Made by a program: the position numbers and the translations under genes | Shown here: one piece after another, positions 20,110 to 29,558 of the stretch | Numbering within the stretch: position 1 is the first letter of the stretch | How the letters are laid out: each line of letters starts with the position of its first letter | IMG/VR virus record: IMGVR_UViG_3300029288_000056 | Location: 1-64,000 of that record | From: a virus | Taxonomy: Duplodnaviria > Caudoviricetes | Strand: one strand, 5' to 3' | DNA: 64,000 nucleotides | Notes under the pieces: model-generated | Told to the model about the DNA's origin: nothing | The model's input: only the letters and a program-made list of their open reading frames with translations | The model's database searches: none

Positions 20110-20757
20110 TTAGAACCCCATGTAGAATTTTATTTTGTCTTTTAATATTTCTCTGAATGATTTTTGAGTTACAACAGAAGCGCTAAGTATCGTTTCTGGC
20201 ATTTGAACCGGATTAGATACTAAGAATTTACTATTCCATCCCGGTCTCTTACCTGCCGCGAGTTGAACTACAAAGTCTTCTGGCTTACCGAGTAAGTCGA
20301 TTGGTCTACCAATGCCTGTATGATTTTGTTGCTTTCCAACCAAGAAGGCTACGTGGTCGTAATAATCCATCAATACCCTGCCTTGGAAGGCGTTGGTTGA
20401 ACCAGTTCGTTTGTTGTTTAGCTCTGAGTCTTCTGTAATGTAACCGATTGAGTATGAGATTCCGGTAAACTTACCGTCTTTGATCATCTCTACGCACTCA
20501 GGAGTCAGGTCAAATGAAGCGTACACAAGCTGATTTTCTTGATCGTATCTAACTGAGTTTACTAATCCCAAAGAAAACTTTTTGTCGGCGTGCGCTTTTT
20601 CGGATAAATCCAGATCGTGGTCCGGAAGCACAGGGATCTCCATAAAGGTTCTGTCAAAGTTTTTACAAGCGCCACCAACCCTGTCATCTGGATACGCGGT
20701 AAGATCCGCCCCAGTGCCAGCGCGACCAATTGTAATTTCCTTTGTTCTATAAATCAT
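20110..20757 (-). CDS. prohead maturation protease
   Basis: PVLPDH, IKDGKFTGIS and DHVAFL motifs of Mu-like/HK97-type assemblin-fold proteases; synteny. Confidence 0.75.
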   Translation of the reverse strand: MIYRTKEITIGRAGTGADLTAYPDDRVGGACKNFDRTFMEIPVLPDHDLDLSEKAHADKKFSLGLVNSVRYDQENQLVYASFDLTPECVEMIKDGKFTGISYSIGYITEDSELNNKRTGSTNAFQGRVLMDYYDHVAFLVGKQQNHTGIGRPIDLLGKPEDFVVQLAAGKRPGWNSKFLVSNPVQMPETILSASVVTQKSFREILKDKIKFYMGF

Positions 20758-20892
20758 GGCATTCCTCTGGTAATGTTTATGAATGATTCATACAAATACG
20801 TTAGTGCACACAGAGAAACTATTTAGATAAACACAGATAAACAGGATTTGCGATTAAGGTTGCAATCGGCCTTTGAAAATTCTTACATAAGG

Positions 20893-20927
20893 ATTATATC
20901 ACAAAAAATAATAAAATAAACAGGTTC
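20893..20927 (-). promoter_or_regulatory. putative class B (late) promoter
   Basis: GAACCTGTTTA-18bp-TATAAT with extended TG. Confidence 0.5.
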
Positions 20928-20931
20928 TTTT

Positions 20932-21570
20932 TTACCAATTCACTATCATTTTTTGAGTAGCTATCATAGTTAAAGTTTGTTCGTGTTCTGATTCAATTCC
21001 CTTGATCGATTCGTGACATTTTTTACAAAGGGTTATTCCGTTATTAATATCCATTCTTAATTCTGGATTTGTTACAAACATCTTAATGTGATGAATCTGT
21101 AACTTCCTCTTTGTTCCACAGTATTGGCAAGTGTGATTGTCACGTTTTTTAACTTCTTTTACCCATTGAACATATTCGTTACTATGTCTAATCATCACAT
21201 CTTCCGGGGTAACTCCACCTCGCCAGTTGGGATTATTTTCCCCAGTAATCACCATACTCATCTTTTTACAAAAATCCTCTGACATTTTCATACCGATACG
21301 TGCTTCACTTATGTGTCTACACCATTCTTCTGTAAAAACGCGATGTTGACCCCTACCATTATGTCCGCTGATATACAATGGGATACCATCCCATTGATGC
21401 CACTTTCTTATTTGTATAGCACCTTTGCATCCACAATGGCAAAAATGTTTGCCAGTATGTTCCTCTAGAAATTGTAGCCAGAGTAATTTTTTACTTCTAT
21501 TATGTCCCCGAATAAACCTACTCCCCTCACTAGCATATTCCCTACAACCGCACTCGCACAGTGTTCTCAT
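20932..21570 (-). CDS. HNH homing endonuclease with CxCGC and NUMOD3-like repeats
   Basis: CECGC / CHCGC, GENNPNWRGG, KRDNHTCQYCG...HHIK...NGITLCKKCH; ORF track extends it to 21603. Confidence 0.85.
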   Translation of the reverse strand: MRTLCECGCREYASEGSRFIRGHNRSKKLLWLQFLEEHTGKHFCHCGCKGAIQIRKWHQWDGIPLYISGHNGRGQHRVFTEEWCRHISEARIGMKMSEDFCKKMSMVITGENNPNWRGGVTPEDVMIRHSNEYVQWVKEVKKRDNHTCQYCGTKRKLQIHHIKMFVTNPELRMDINNGITLCKKCHESIKGIESEHEQTLTMIATQKMIVNW

Positions 21571-21571
21571 A

Positions 21572-24472
21572 TTATAATACCATCTTTTTTCTAGACTTAC
21601 CATAGTAGTTTAGAGTGTTAGTATTTAGGGATATAAGTTGGTTGCCCGTAGGTTCAAATTCGGCATATGTTTCTTTGATGATTGAGTATGCGTTATCGTC
21701 TATTTCTTTTCGCTTATTTCTAGAATCGCCATCAATGATAATGATATCGGAAAAAATGTCGGATGCGGCTTGAATATTCCAGCTAACATTCACATCTATT
21801 CCTTCAAACTTAGCACTGAACTTTTCTCTTAGTTTTTCTTCAAACTTATTGCAGCCTTTTTCATTCAACCATCTAATAGGATCGTCAGTAAATACGTTGT
21901 TTAAAAACGCAGTTACGTGATAAGAGGAGTAGTCTCTAGAATCCTCAACGTTCAGCACGTCTAGCCCGTTTGGTAAGTTGATAGCAGCATACATCTTTTT
22001 GAAGTAGTTCGGGAATTCTTGGATTGGTTCAGAGTTTAATACACTCCATTTGCCGTTAGGATACTCGCCGATATATTCAACCCACTTGTTCTGTTGAGCC
22101 TCACTCATAGCGACGGGTTCCCACATACATGTACAACCAACAATCGAATTTGGCACTATGTCATTAGTGCGAATAACTTTAGACGATCCTACATAACCGT
22201 CACATTCTCTATGACCGTAGTGCATGTCGCCGTTGTAAGCCCATCTAAAACCGAAGATTCTTGAGTATGCGCCCGGCGTATTTGCCATGATCCATAAACC
22301 ATTGTTATACCCTTCACAAATAGCGTTCTCAAAAACAGCTTCCAAGTATTCTGGGATCACTTTATTTGGTTGAATACTCTTCATTGCGGATTTTGTTTCG
22401 TTTCTATATTTCTTTAGATCCCACTTCTCCGCCTCGGCTTGTTCTATAACGTCCTTGATGTCATCTAAAACACCGATCAATATGTTGTTTGTTAGGCCCT
22501 TTGATCTCTCACTGACCAACTCAGAGATGTTATTCCAATCGTCTCGTTGTATCCAAGTTCTTGTAGAGTTCTTGAGCGCGTCGATAATCTCATACTTGTT
22601 TCCTATGGTCGCGGGCAGTATGTACTTTTTATCTGATTGAAGTTGCCCACTCAAAAGACTGTTGTAGTCATTAAGGGCCTTCATCCACCCGTAGTAGTAA
22701 GCCGATTCAACCATGTCCTGAACGGGACCTATGTTTATGTTGTTAGGTTTTGCTCCGTCCATTAAGAAGTTGTGCAGCGCGCCGCTCAATGTCTTTTGGC
22801 TGTCTAGCTGCGTTTGAACTGCTGAACTGATCTTATTGATTACTTCCTTACCGTCTCTGGTTAAGAAGGTCTTTACTACTTTTGACAAGTCTTTAAATGA
22901 CGTGTGTTTCTTAGCTGCGGCCGCAGGTGCAGGGGTTGAGATAGGAGATGTTCCACCCATTCCTGCAGTTCCACTGACGGCAGGCGGCGTCTCATTAACA
23001 GGGGTGTTAGTTTCTGGTAAAGCACCCAACTCTGTTCCCGTTTGTCCGCCCATCTCACTCTCAGAACTAGCGGGTTCAGTTGGGGTTGCTCCGACTCCGG
23101 GAGTTCCAAACTCACCGGGGAAGCCATAAGAACTTACTCCCGTGCCTTTGGTCAAGGCACTTAACATCTTGTCACCCGGTTGAGGCGCTGGTATATTTGC
23201 GGCGTCTCGAACCAACTTAACCGGCAAGTCCACGCCAAGGGCCTGAACCTGCTGTAACATCGCAATGTAGTCGGGTCCACGTCTATCGTCGACGCGTGTA
23301 TCAACAACAAATCTTGGTGCGGGACGTTTTCTAAAGTTGAAGTAACGAATAAGTTTAATTATTCTGTTTATCGTCTTCTCTATGTTCTTACCCCTACCAG
23401 CCGTAATGATGTCGGTAGTGAACTGGTGAACCGTGCCTAAAGAATAAGTTCCGTATCTTGCCTCTCCCGTTGTGAGTGGGGCACCGATACAAACCTTACT
23501 TATTTCTTTGTTGCACTGATCAATGAAAGGACCATAAGCATCCACTGCTGTTCTGTTGACGTCGTGGAACTGAATATCAATCGCGTTTGTACCTAAAACC
23601 GGCTTACCTTCTGAATCGACGGGATACGCCACTTGACCCCTGATAGATCCACCGACACCCCTGATGATATTTTCAACGACTGCTTCCATACCGGGAGCGT
23701 ATTGAATGATAAGCATCGGTTTACCGAAAGATTCCATGTAGGTTATTTCTTGATAAACTGCAAGGGATTTAAAGTTTGACACCATATATATTGGTGCAAG
23801 CATTCCTGTTCCGTAAGGTTTTAACGGCGGAACCGCGTTGCTATGGACCACTGTGATGAGTCTTGGATCAACTTGCTCACCAACCTCTGCAAAGCCGTAG
23901 GCATCCTTCACGTGAAGCTTTACTTCACTGTTCGGATGAAGAACGTAATGGAACATTTCTGGTGGGCGAGGGGAAATTACCAGTGGGACACGCCAACCTT
24001 CCCATGACTTCCAATGTAGAGCTAGCGGCTGCATGCCGGTCTCTACACCTCGCCACGCCAATGCCATTATACCTTCAAAACCATTGCCGTAACCATCGTC
24101 CATAAGATCGAAAAGCTTCCTAACCTTGTCCCCTATATCTCTATCAACCATTTCGTTAGTTGCGTCTTCAATGTGCCAATCAAGAGATAGAAACATCTGC
24201 TTAGCCGCTTCGATTTCACTAGACAAATGAGCGTCTCTTTCAACTATATGAAAGAATGCGTCGTAGCAACTATCAAACGACGTTAAACTCGGTCCCCATG
24301 GTGAGTTCTTAACCCAATCATCGACTGAGTTTGGGATAACACCGTTGGTGTAAATACCGATGCTCGGAGTTAAGGACGTGCCCCAACAATTCATCAGATT
24401 GTAATGGGCGTTCAGTTCGTTCTGTAGGATCTCTATTAATTTATCATCGTCTTGTTTTACTAAAAATGACAC
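21572..24472 (-). CDS. portal protein (Mu gp29/DUF935-like) fused to a head-morphogenesis-like domain
   Basis: RDAHLSS, PYGTGML, ESFGKP, NKEISK..IG..LT and SLGTVH motifs; P/G/T-rich linker, then a C-terminal H.EC..G...GCTC domain. Confidence 0.8.
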   Translation of the reverse strand: MSFLVKQDDDKLIEILQNELNAHYNLMNCWGTSLTPSIGIYTNGVIPNSVDDWVKNSPWGPSLTSFDSCYDAFFHIVERDAHLSSEIEAAKQMFLSLDWHIEDATNEMVDRDIGDKVRKLFDLMDDGYGNGFEGIMALAWRGVETGMQPLALHWKSWEGWRVPLVISPRPPEMFHYVLHPNSEVKLHVKDAYGFAEVGEQVDPRLITVVHSNAVPPLKPYGTGMLAPIYMVSNFKSLAVYQEITYMESFGKPMLIIQYAPGMEAVVENIIRGVGGSIRGQVAYPVDSEGKPVLGTNAIDIQFHDVNRTAVDAYGPFIDQCNKEISKVCIGAPLTTGEARYGTYSLGTVHQFTTDIITAGRGKNIEKTINRIIKLIRYFNFRKRPAPRFVVDTRVDDRRGPDYIAMLQQVQALGVDLPVKLVRDAANIPAPQPGDKMLSALTKGTGVSSYGFPGEFGTPGVGATPTEPASSESEMGGQTGTELGALPETNTPVNETPPAVSGTAGMGGTSPISTPAPAAAAKKHTSFKDLSKVVKTFLTRDGKEVINKISSAVQTQLDSQKTLSGALHNFLMDGAKPNNINIGPVQDMVESAYYYGWMKALNDYNSLLSGQLQSDKKYILPATIGNKYEIIDALKNSTRTWIQRDDWNNISELVSERSKGLTNNILIGVLDDIKDVIEQAEAEKWDLKKYRNETKSAMKSIQPNKVIPEYLEAVFENAICEGYNNGLWIMANTPGAYSRIFGFRWAYNGDMHYGHRECDGYVGSSKVIRTNDIVPNSIVGCTCMWEPVAMSEAQQNKWVEYIGEYPNGKWSVLNSEPIQEFPNYFKKMYAAINLPNGLDVLNVEDSRDYSSYHVTAFLNNVFTDDPIRWLNEKGCNKFEEKLREKFSAKFEGIDVNVSWNIQAASDIFSDIIIIDGDSRNKRKEIDDNAYSIIKETYAEFEPTGNQLISLNTNTLNYYGKSRKKMVL

Positions 24473-24474
24473 GA

Positions 24475-25890
24475 TTATCTCCCTTTACCAAATATACCAG
24501 TACCAATAGCGGTGGGTGGTTCTATATTCAAAGGTCTGTACTGCGGTTTGTTTAATTGTCTAAGAGCACATGTGTAGGCCAATAATAGGGCGTCCACCAA
24601 GTCATCGTCATAACCCGAAGGTTTAGAAAATGAAATATTATGAGTTGTTTCGTTCAGTTTGTAGGTGTAGGCTAAAAGTTGTCTTCTTAATTCTTCACCC
24701 AACGGACCGGGTGCAATCTTCAATTTGTGATTTTCAAAAGCGATCTGTAGGTTGGTGACCATGATCGTCTTGTTGTTATGAGCCTGTCCTTCCTCAACGG
24801 CGTTAAAAATAACCGGTAAGACCTCTATACCCTGTCGCGCAAGCTCACCGCGCACACCGTCACCGATTCCTGTATTATCAAGCCAAATTTTTCCACTTAA
24901 CGATATATCATTGAGGTTTTCTCGAACAGTCTTTGCAACACCCTCCCATTCACTGAAGGCTGTATGCCCGTTCATTAAGACCCAAACGTTACAGTTCTTA
25001 TCGATAGCGACCATAGCCGTCTTGTCGTTCTTACGCGCAACGTCGAGACCAACGGCGACTGTTATGTCTGAAGCCGGCTTTTCGCCTAGGCTTCCATTAT
25101 CCTTGTAGGCCTCATTAACGTCCTTAAATACGTCTCCAGACTCTTCGGGGAATCTGCCCTCAATTTCAACTTCCCATTCTAACTGAGGCATCGTAGGTTT
25201 TAGCGCATAAATACCCGCAGCCCACTCTTCATCCGTTGTTCCGTTTGGTGTCCCATCGAAAGACGATCTGTCAAAGACACGCCAAGTTTTTTTGTCTTCG
25301 GGTAGTTCTATTTCTGAATTCTCTATGTCTTTTGCTTGTTTGTAAAGATCATAGAAGTGCCCAATCCAAGGTGAACTTACAAATACAACGCTCGCCTTTT
25401 TAGGAAGCGTGTTTGGTGCTACAACCGTCCATAAGTCTGGTGCATTCCAAGCGTGTTCGTCGAATACGAAGTGAGTAGCAACAGAAACACCACGAGCTAG
25501 AGTTGCGGAATCAAAGTTCTGTCCATGCTTTAACCAAACTTCGCCGCCGTTAGGAAGCTTAATTAAACCGCGATGGTAGATAATCTCCATCCCCGGTGGT
25601 CTTTGCTTTTCGAACTCTTTGATCCATATATCGCGAACGGCTTGATTCGTCAAGGTGTATACAACTGAGATTTCACCTATTCGATCTTTTTGCGTTATAA
25701 TCCTGTAGACCTCTGTCGCGGTCTTTCCACTTTTACGCCCACCCTTAACTATAATCCGTTTACATTCACAATCGTAAACTTCTTTTTGTTTTGGGTTAGG
25801 ATAAAAGACGGAGGCTCGTTCGTATATAGACTGATTATAACGAAGTCTTTCTTCTAATAAGTCGTTAAACTTTGTATACGTTACGCCCAT
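24475..25890 (-). CDS. terL: terminase large subunit
   Basis: Walker A GGRKSGKT, Walker B FVFDE, nuclease motifs VGLDVA, DNTGIG and DDLVDAL. Confidence 0.92.
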   Translation of the reverse strand: MGVTYTKFNDLLEERLRYNQSIYERASVFYPNPKQKEVYDCECKRIIVKGGRKSGKTATEVYRIITQKDRIGEISVVYTLTNQAVRDIWIKEFEKQRPPGMEIIYHRGLIKLPNGGEVWLKHGQNFDSATLARGVSVATHFVFDEHAWNAPDLWTVVAPNTLPKKASVVFVSSPWIGHFYDLYKQAKDIENSEIELPEDKKTWRVFDRSSFDGTPNGTTDEEWAAGIYALKPTMPQLEWEVEIEGRFPEESGDVFKDVNEAYKDNGSLGEKPASDITVAVGLDVARKNDKTAMVAIDKNCNVWVLMNGHTAFSEWEGVAKTVRENLNDISLSGKIWLDNTGIGDGVRGELARQGIEVLPVIFNAVEEGQAHNNKTIMVTNLQIAFENHKLKIAPGPLGEELRRQLLAYTYKLNETTHNISFSKPSGYDDDLVDALLLAYTCALRQLNKPQYRPLNIEPPTAIGTGIFGKGR

Positions 25891-26213
25891 TAAACTATTC
25901 CGCCGAGCCCGCCCATTTCACCTGTGTCCTGTGCAAATTCATCAAAAACTGGCGCAAGCTCCGTTTGTAAATTATCGTGTATGTTTTGAACTTCCTCTGC
26001 ATAACTCTTAAAGGTATCAGCATAGTCGTTTTGGCCTTTCTCTTCACATTTAGTTGACAGTGCCGAGAGTTTATCTGCTGTTTCCTTTAATTTAAAAAGA
26101 ATGTCATCCTTACCATCTTTGATAAGTTCTGTTAGTTGGGTCTTGTCGACATCACTAACCGTAGTAGATGCTGCGTCTAATTTACTGATGAATGGACTTT
26201 TTTGAATATACAT
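25890..26213 (-). CDS. hypothetical acidic helical protein
   Basis: coupled to terL; N-terminal SKLDAA motif. Confidence 0.6.
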   Translation of the reverse strand: MYIQKSPFISKLDAASTTVSDVDKTQLTELIKDGKDDILFKLKETADKLSALSTKCEEKGQNDYADTFKSYAEEVQNIHDNLQTELAPVFDEFAQDTGEMGGLGGIV

Positions 26214-26215
26214 AA

Positions 26216-26686
26216 TTACTCCTTAGTTTTTTCTTCTAATATACCCATTAATTCGGCGGATATTTCTTGTTGAATCTTACTTATCTTATAGGCTTCTTGT
26301 TCTAAATTATCTTTCATCTTTGCTACGACAACAGGCATAATGTTATCTATCACGGTAGCTATTAGTTCTTCTGCTTGACTAACTGTCATCACGCCTTGTT
26401 TGTAGACGCCGTTATAAACGCGAATCGCATTCAATAAACTCTTGTTGTTAGGGTTATCCATACTCGCAGACAGCATTTTGTTGATCCTGTCTTTAAAGAA
26501 GGTCGCGTCCGCCCCCTCGTCGGTGGGTTTTTGATCTTCGCGCTCTACGACCCTCATGTAGTAACCGTCTTGCTTTACGTAAATTGGGTTCGTTCGTAAA
26601 AAGTCGTCAAACTCCGGTATTGTAACTGGAAGATCATCGGTAGATAAAATCATCTTGCCGTTCTTGGCCAAGTCTTCAAGCGTCAT
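26216..26686 (-). CDS. hypothetical protein (terminase small subunit candidate)
   Basis: helical, near terL; position only. Confidence 0.35.
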   Translation of the reverse strand: MTLEDLAKNGKMILSTDDLPVTIPEFDDFLRTNPIYVKQDGYYMRVVEREDQKPTDEGADATFFKDRINKMLSASMDNPNNKSLLNAIRVYNGVYKQGVMTVSQAEELIATVIDNIMPVVVAKMKDNLEQEAYKISKIQQEISAELMGILEEKTKE

Positions 26687-27078
26687 TAAAAAACCTTAAT
26701 CGCAAGAAACGCGGCTAAGAATCCAACGACGGCGGATACTATTGGGATAGAGATTAACGCGAGACGCACTGCCCTCTTCTTTAAAAGGTCGTAAACGACT
26801 TCTTTGACTAGTTCGAGCTCTATATTGTTTAACGTAGTTGAAAGCACTTTTAATTGTTCACCCATTGTGCCTACCGGGATCACAATTTTTTCGATTGCTT
26901 CTTTAGCGACGTCACTGTTAGTTCCTATATCTGAAATGATCTTATATATATTAGCTATGTGGCCGTAAATGTCCTGAATCATTTCGTAAACATTTTTATC
27001 ATTCTCTAACACATCCTGAAGTTTTGTGGCAATCTCCTCATCACTAACTTCTGTCGTGTTCTCTGTGTTTTCTTCCAT
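26686..27078 (-). CDS. coiled-coil protein with C-terminal transmembrane helix
   Basis: LALISIPIVSAVVGFLAAFLAI. Confidence 0.6.
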   Translation of the reverse strand: MEENTENTTEVSDEEIATKLQDVLENDKNVYEMIQDIYGHIANIYKIISDIGTNSDVAKEAIEKIVIPVGTMGEQLKVLSTTLNNIELELVKEVVYDLLKKRAVRLALISIPIVSAVVGFLAAFLAIKVF

Positions 27079-27079
27079 T

Positions 27080-27391
27080 TTAAACCTTCCCTGTTAACGG
27101 GTCGTAATCATTAAACAAGTTTCTTACATGTTCAAATTGATCACACCATTTTTCTGTCTCATTACTAAAGGCGATAAGCTCTGGATAGAAAGCCATATTT
27201 AACGGTACATACTTAACATCTCTCCAGAAGAACTGTAAATCGTACATAAAGTTGTCATACTTTCGCTCCAGCGTTCTGAAGTATCCCTCTAAATCACCAA
27301 AGCGTTCTTGAAAGCCTTCCTGCCCCGTATACGTCATGTATATATACGCGCTTAACCTGCTGCGGTTATTTCTCTTGAGCCTCTTTGTCAC
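27080..27391 (-). CDS. hypothetical protein
   Basis: GGAGG SD; basic leader ending RLSA. Confidence 0.6.
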   Translation of the reverse strand: MTKRLKRNNRSRLSAYIYMTYTGQEGFQERFGDLEGYFRTLERKYDNFMYDLQFFWRDVKYVPLNMAFYPELIAFSNETEKWCDQFEHVRNLFNDYDPLTGKV

Positions 27392-27939
27392 AGTACCTCC
27401 TTAAACATAAGTTGCGGGTAGTAGCCAAACTTCAACCCAGCGTTCAAGACATCGTCTTTTATGATCGCGGGATGAACCATAGCTAATTCCATTTTGCCCA
27501 GTATGACGGGCAATAATTTTGATTTAATTAGTGTTCCGATAATTGGAACGAAGGGCTGTTCTGATTCTACAAACAGTTTTATTAGACTACCAACCCAACC
27601 GATCTTGTTAGAACAGTCTTCATTAACACCAGCATAAAAAGCATAAAGGCCTGAGAATTGTCTTCTTACCGCTATGCCGTTTATCATTCCCCAATCAGAA
27701 TGAGATGTTTGAGCTTTACTAATATTTTCCAGCCAGTTAGATTGGATGAGAGAGACGTCGTTCAAGACCAACAAGTCGTTGTCCGTCGGTAAGTCAGTAA
27801 ACGAATCAACGACGTTAATCTTCAGAGGATGCTCTGCTTCTGAAAGAGAGAATATCTTTACGTCTTCTTTATTGGAAAAGCGGATTATACTCTCAATAAT
27901 GGCGGGCACATTCTTACCCATAACCAACACGTTTAACAT
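27388..27939 (-). CDS. degenerate GT-A glycosyltransferase-like protein
   Basis: DLLVLNDV...NWLENI pattern parallels DVVWLSSD...NWLDGF in 58967..60439. Confidence 0.4.
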   Translation of the reverse strand: MLNVLVMGKNVPAIIESIIRFSNKEDVKIFSLSEAEHPLKINVVDSFTDLPTDNDLLVLNDVSLIQSNWLENISKAQTSHSDWGMINGIAVRRQFSGLYAFYAGVNEDCSNKIGWVGSLIKLFVESEQPFVPIIGTLIKSKLLPVILGKMELAMVHPAIIKDDVLNAGLKFGYYPQLMFKEVL

Positions 27940-27957
27940 AATATCACCACCTAATAA

Positions 27958-27995
27958 ATAATATCATAGAAATATAAGTGGCTTAATTAGGTTCA
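27958..27995 (-). promoter_or_regulatory. putative class B promoter
   Basis: TGAACCTAATTAA identical to the copy at 63521-63533, upstream of TG-A-TATTAT. Confidence 0.5.
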
Positions 27996-27996
27996 T

Positions 27997-28023
27997 AAAA
28001 AATCCCACCCGTTAGGGTGGGAT
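27997..28023 (-). terminator. intrinsic terminator
   Basis: ATCCCACCC-TAAC-GGGTGGGAT followed by a T run. Confidence 0.8.
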
Positions 28024-28040
28024 ATCGCTATATTGTTAGG

Positions 28041-28319
28041 CTAAACTGTGTCCATAAGCTGATTAAAATAGCTTTTGGCTTTACACTGGTCTTGATAGTG
28101 CATATCAAGCGTGGACACGTAATCAGTCAATTTATTGGCACTATCATAACCAAGATTCTCTCGATATCCCTTCTTGTCCCGCTCTTTAATCGCCTTTTTA
28201 TACAGTCGATAGGCGAAGGCGCAGGCTTTAGATAACTTCTCTTCGCTTGCGTAAGCTTTTGGTATTATAACGGTAGTGCATACCGTCCGAACCTTACCTG
28301 TAAAGTCTCTCGTTTCCAT
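28041..28319 (-). CDS. hypothetical protein
   Basis: second gene of a self-contained promoter-terminator cassette. Confidence 0.6.
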   Translation of the reverse strand: METRDFTGKVRTVCTTVIIPKAYASEEKLSKACAFAYRLYKKAIKERDKKGYRENLGYDSANKLTDYVSTLDMHYQDQCKAKSYFNQLMDTV

Positions 28320-28697
28320 TTATTTTCCTTTCGGTTTAGTTGCGGACATATAGGCTTGAAGCATCTTGCCTTCGTCGCCACGCTCGTGAAGTCTAATGTA
28401 ACAAACCTCACCCTGAGAATATCCAAAAGACTTTCCGAGATTACTACCATCAACCTGAGTTCTTCCCAGTTCGAGACGGGTGTTTATTCCCTCCCCTCGA
28501 ATCATCGGTTTCAGATGAGACAGAACGGCATCTATGAATTCTGGGCTCCCGTCAATTCTTACGCCGCAGGCACCATACTTTGATCCTTTTGCCTTGTAAG
28601 GAATTGCCCTCATATGACGCATAATGTCAAGATTCTCATCCAAAGACTTCCAATGATCTAGTGCTAACTGCTTGTTCCACTTAGTTTTAGTTTTCAT
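28320..28697 (-). CDS. hypothetical protein
   Basis: AGGAG SD after a class A promoter. Confidence 0.65.
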   Translation of the reverse strand: MKTKTKWNKQLALDHWKSLDENLDIMRHMRAIPYKAKGSKYGACGVRIDGSPEFIDAVLSHLKPMIRGEGINTRLELGRTQVDGSNLGKSFGYSQGEVCYIRLHERGDEGKMLQAYMSATKPKGK

Positions 28698-28717
28698 TTC
28701 ATCTCCTTTTCATCAAT

Positions 28718-28746
28718 ACTGTAACATAATTCCAGCCAAAAGTCAA
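28718..28746 (-). promoter_or_regulatory. sigma70-type promoter (class A)
   Basis: TTGACT-17bp-TACAGT with extended TG. Confidence 0.65.
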
Positions 28747-28826
28747 GCGTTTTTGGACACAAAAATCCCACCTTATTCAACGGTATATAGTTAAAATAGG
28801 TGGGAACCCCTGACAAATCAGAGGGA

Positions 28827-29537
28827 TTATTGGTATAACGCTTTTACGTTTCCTAAACTCGATGCTTCTACGTTGCATCCGTTTACCATCATGCCCGTCT
28901 TGGGTTCATATTCAATTCCTAAATAAGAGCCGTGCCCACTTTCCCTAGACGCTATCTGAAGGTAGCTCATGTAGTTTCCGTAGGGCAGCGGTTGGTCAGG
29001 TTCGCCTGTTACCTCTACATAACAAGCCATTCCGTAAGGACTGCCCGTATCAAACATCTTTTGCACCAACGGCTTGTCTAAAGCGAACTTGTTCCAACCC
29101 GTCTTAATGGTGAATTGTAGCGAATCTACGCTATAATAACCAGGCCCGGAGGCGGAAGGTTGATTATCCCAATTGAGGGTCGTTTCACCCCAAGTACCTA
29201 AACATGGGTATAGTCCAGCGTAATAAACCGCATAAGATGGCGCATAACCCTTGTTTATGTTTACATAAAACCAAACAAATACATTCAACACCTTAACCTT
29301 GTTTAAAAGGTTTGGTGGAATTGTATAATTAAAGTAACTTGTCTTTAGTTCAATGTTACTGAATTGCCCGTTCCAAGCAAACTTCACTTGCGAGTCTAGC
29401 GTAGTAGAAGTCCCATAGTTGGCGCTCGGACTTAACAGTGAACTATATGTATCAGCCGTGCAAGGTAGTGCCACGTACTTAACACTAAAGGCCGGGATTA
29501 ACAACAATAAACACAATAAAATTATGATCTTTCGCAT
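28827..29537 (-). CDS. secreted DNRLRE-like domain protein with C-terminal VEASSLGNVKALYQ motif
   Basis: signal peptide MRKIIILLCLLLLIPAFS; ADTY...NYG, W.ETTLNWDNQP and SRE..H..YL motifs. Confidence 0.75.
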   Translation of the reverse strand: MRKIIILLCLLLLIPAFSVKYVALPCTADTYSSLLSPSANYGTSTTLDSQVKFAWNGQFSNIELKTSYFNYTIPPNLLNKVKVLNVFVWFYVNINKGYAPSYAVYYAGLYPCLGTWGETTLNWDNQPSASGPGYYSVDSLQFTIKTGWNKFALDKPLVQKMFDTGSPYGMACYVEVTGEPDQPLPYGNYMSYLQIASRESGHGSYLGIEYEPKTGMMVNGCNVEASSLGNVKALYQ

Positions 29538-29558
29538 TTTCTCCCCCTTTAGAGAGTA

